DNA of 64,000 nucleotides from an uncultured bacterium (lineage in GTDB: Bacteria; Patescibacteriota; Minisyncoccia; UBA6257; 2-01-FULL-56-20): the NCBI GenBank assembly GCA_963807165.1, contig CAWDZM010000001.1, forward strand, positions 577,471 to 641,470. The letters are read 5' to 3'. Below are positions 62,822 through 64,000 of the stretch, piece by piece. The notes under the pieces were generated by a model. The model was not told the DNA's origin and did not search any database. It saw only the letters and a list, made by a program, of their open reading frames with translations. The position numbers and the translations under genes are program-made. The number at the start of each line of letters is the position of its first letter. Within the stretch, counting starts at the first letter, position 1.

Positions 62822-64000
62822 ATGAACGAGAGCGACAGTCCCCAGTCGCAACCCGGCGGAACGCAAGTTCCGAATGCGCCCGGCAGGGCAGGATCAGCTA
62901 TCCGTGTCTTCGTGTTTTTAGTTTCAATTCTAGTAGTTGGTTTTATAAACGGAATTTTTAGCCGTTGGCTTTTAGGCTACTTTCCGCTCGCCGTGCTTAT
63001 TGGATTCGGGCCGTTGATATATGTCCTTGCGGAAGCTGTCGGTGCGGCATTTATCGTAAGAGGACTTCTGGCAGCGATTCGTCCGCAGTTAAAAATTTCA
63101 AAGATTTATCTCTGGATTGCGATTGTCGTATTCGCCGTAATACAACTCTATATGATATTTTTTGTCCCCGATGCCTATTTTGATACCTCTTCATATATCG
63201 GTGACTCTGTAGCTCATTCGCAGATCGTTCTCAATCCCACGACCCCGGTTCTCGTTGATGGCAGAAATTTAGAGCTCGACGGCATCCATGCGGACGGAGA
63301 TCAGGTTATCTGGTCTTCCCATAACCTCAATTCCGACGTTGATGATCTGTCGCTATTTTCTGTGGATCTTTCTTCGATGACCGGCGAGTCGCTCAGTGTG
63401 GCCAATCTTTCGCATGCACAAGGTTATCTCTCCCGACAGGATACTGGCGGGGAGGACACGATCGTAAATGGACAAATTTACTATATCGATGACGGGACGC
63501 TTTATCATTACGATCCTTCGTCCACGAAATCCACAAAAGTGGGAAGCGGCGTAGTGACCATCTATGGCTTCGATCCGGCGAGTAATTTATTAATTTTGGG
63601 GAGCGGAAGCGTGGTGCCTAGTGATTTAGGCGGAAATTATAAGGTAACCCAGAGCAATGGTATCCCCGATACTTCTTATAACGTGGTATCGGGAGCTCAA
63701 GGAAGCATACCGTTTCCATCAAGTACTTTGGACATGACGAAGATCATCGCGGAAAACAAACCGCCATTTGTCCAAGGCTCCTATATTTATTATCTCACTC
63801 AATTCCAGCAGATCGCTCGGTATAACCTGGACACTAATACGAATGAGTTGCTGAACATTGTTCCCCCGAGAGACGTCACGACGGGACACGCTCTCGGTCC
63901 GATTTCTCTCGTCGCTGCAAACGATCGCTATCTTGCTTATTATTATTGGCCGCAAGATTCCAATGGGTTGGGCCGCGAGGACTATCCGGCGCTGGGCATA
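62822..64000 (+). CDS. Hypothetical membrane protein with an extracellular beta-rich domain, runs off the right edge
   Basis: Open frame from ATG 62822 (MNESDSPQSQP...) with about 3 TM then beta-rich sequence; TATAAT 7 nt upstream; absent from the ORF track, consistent with no stop in the window. Confidence 0.75.
   Translation, partial: MNESDSPQSQPGGTQVPNAPGRAGSAIRVFVFLVSILVVGFINGIFSRWLLGYFPLAVLIGFGPLIYVLAEAVGAAFIVRGLLAAIRPQLKISKIYLWIAIVVFAVIQLYMIFFVPDAYFDTSSYIGDSVAHSQIVLNPTTPVLVDGRNLELDGIHADGDQVIWSSHNLNSDVDDLSLFSVDLSSMTGESLSVANLSHAQGYLSRQDTGGEDTIVNGQIYYIDDGTLYHYDPSSTKSTKVGSGVVTIYGFDPASNLLILGSGSVVPSDLGGNYKVTQSNGIPDTSYNVVSGAQGSIPFPSSTLDMTKIIAENKPPFVQGSYIYYLTQFQQIARYNLDTNTNELLNIVPPRDVTTGHALGPISLVAANDRYLAYYYWPQDSNGLGREDYPALGI

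Overview
This is an origin-proximal chromosomal segment of a small-genome bacterium, most consistent with Patescibacteria/Parcubacteria (inferred from gene content). It carries dnaN-dnaA / rpmH-rnpA-yidC-jag, other housekeeping genes (rpsT, holA, pyrG, ruvB, ruvC, pcrA, rsmA, nusA, ppa, clpP, tyrS, ftsH, glyA, folD), competence/pilus genes (pilB, comM, yraN), a pilin-PrgI-VirB4 T4SS-like locus, six tRNA genes and many ORFans with their own promoter and terminator. Several essential genes have single-base frameshifts and 26.6-32.9 kb is fragmented, most likely from long-read consensus error. Unexplained structures: (1) a tandem array of integrase-less gene cassettes at the tRNA-His 3' end, delimited by a 64-bp att-like repeat, next to a serine-recombinase remnant; (2) an intact tRNA-Ile(UAU) nested in the anticodon loop of a second, degenerate tRNA; (3) a small structured element with covarying stems, present twice with locus-specific inverted arms; (4) a promoter-driven ~200-nt candidate ncRNA next to ruvB. 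All calls come from reading the sequence; no searches were run.
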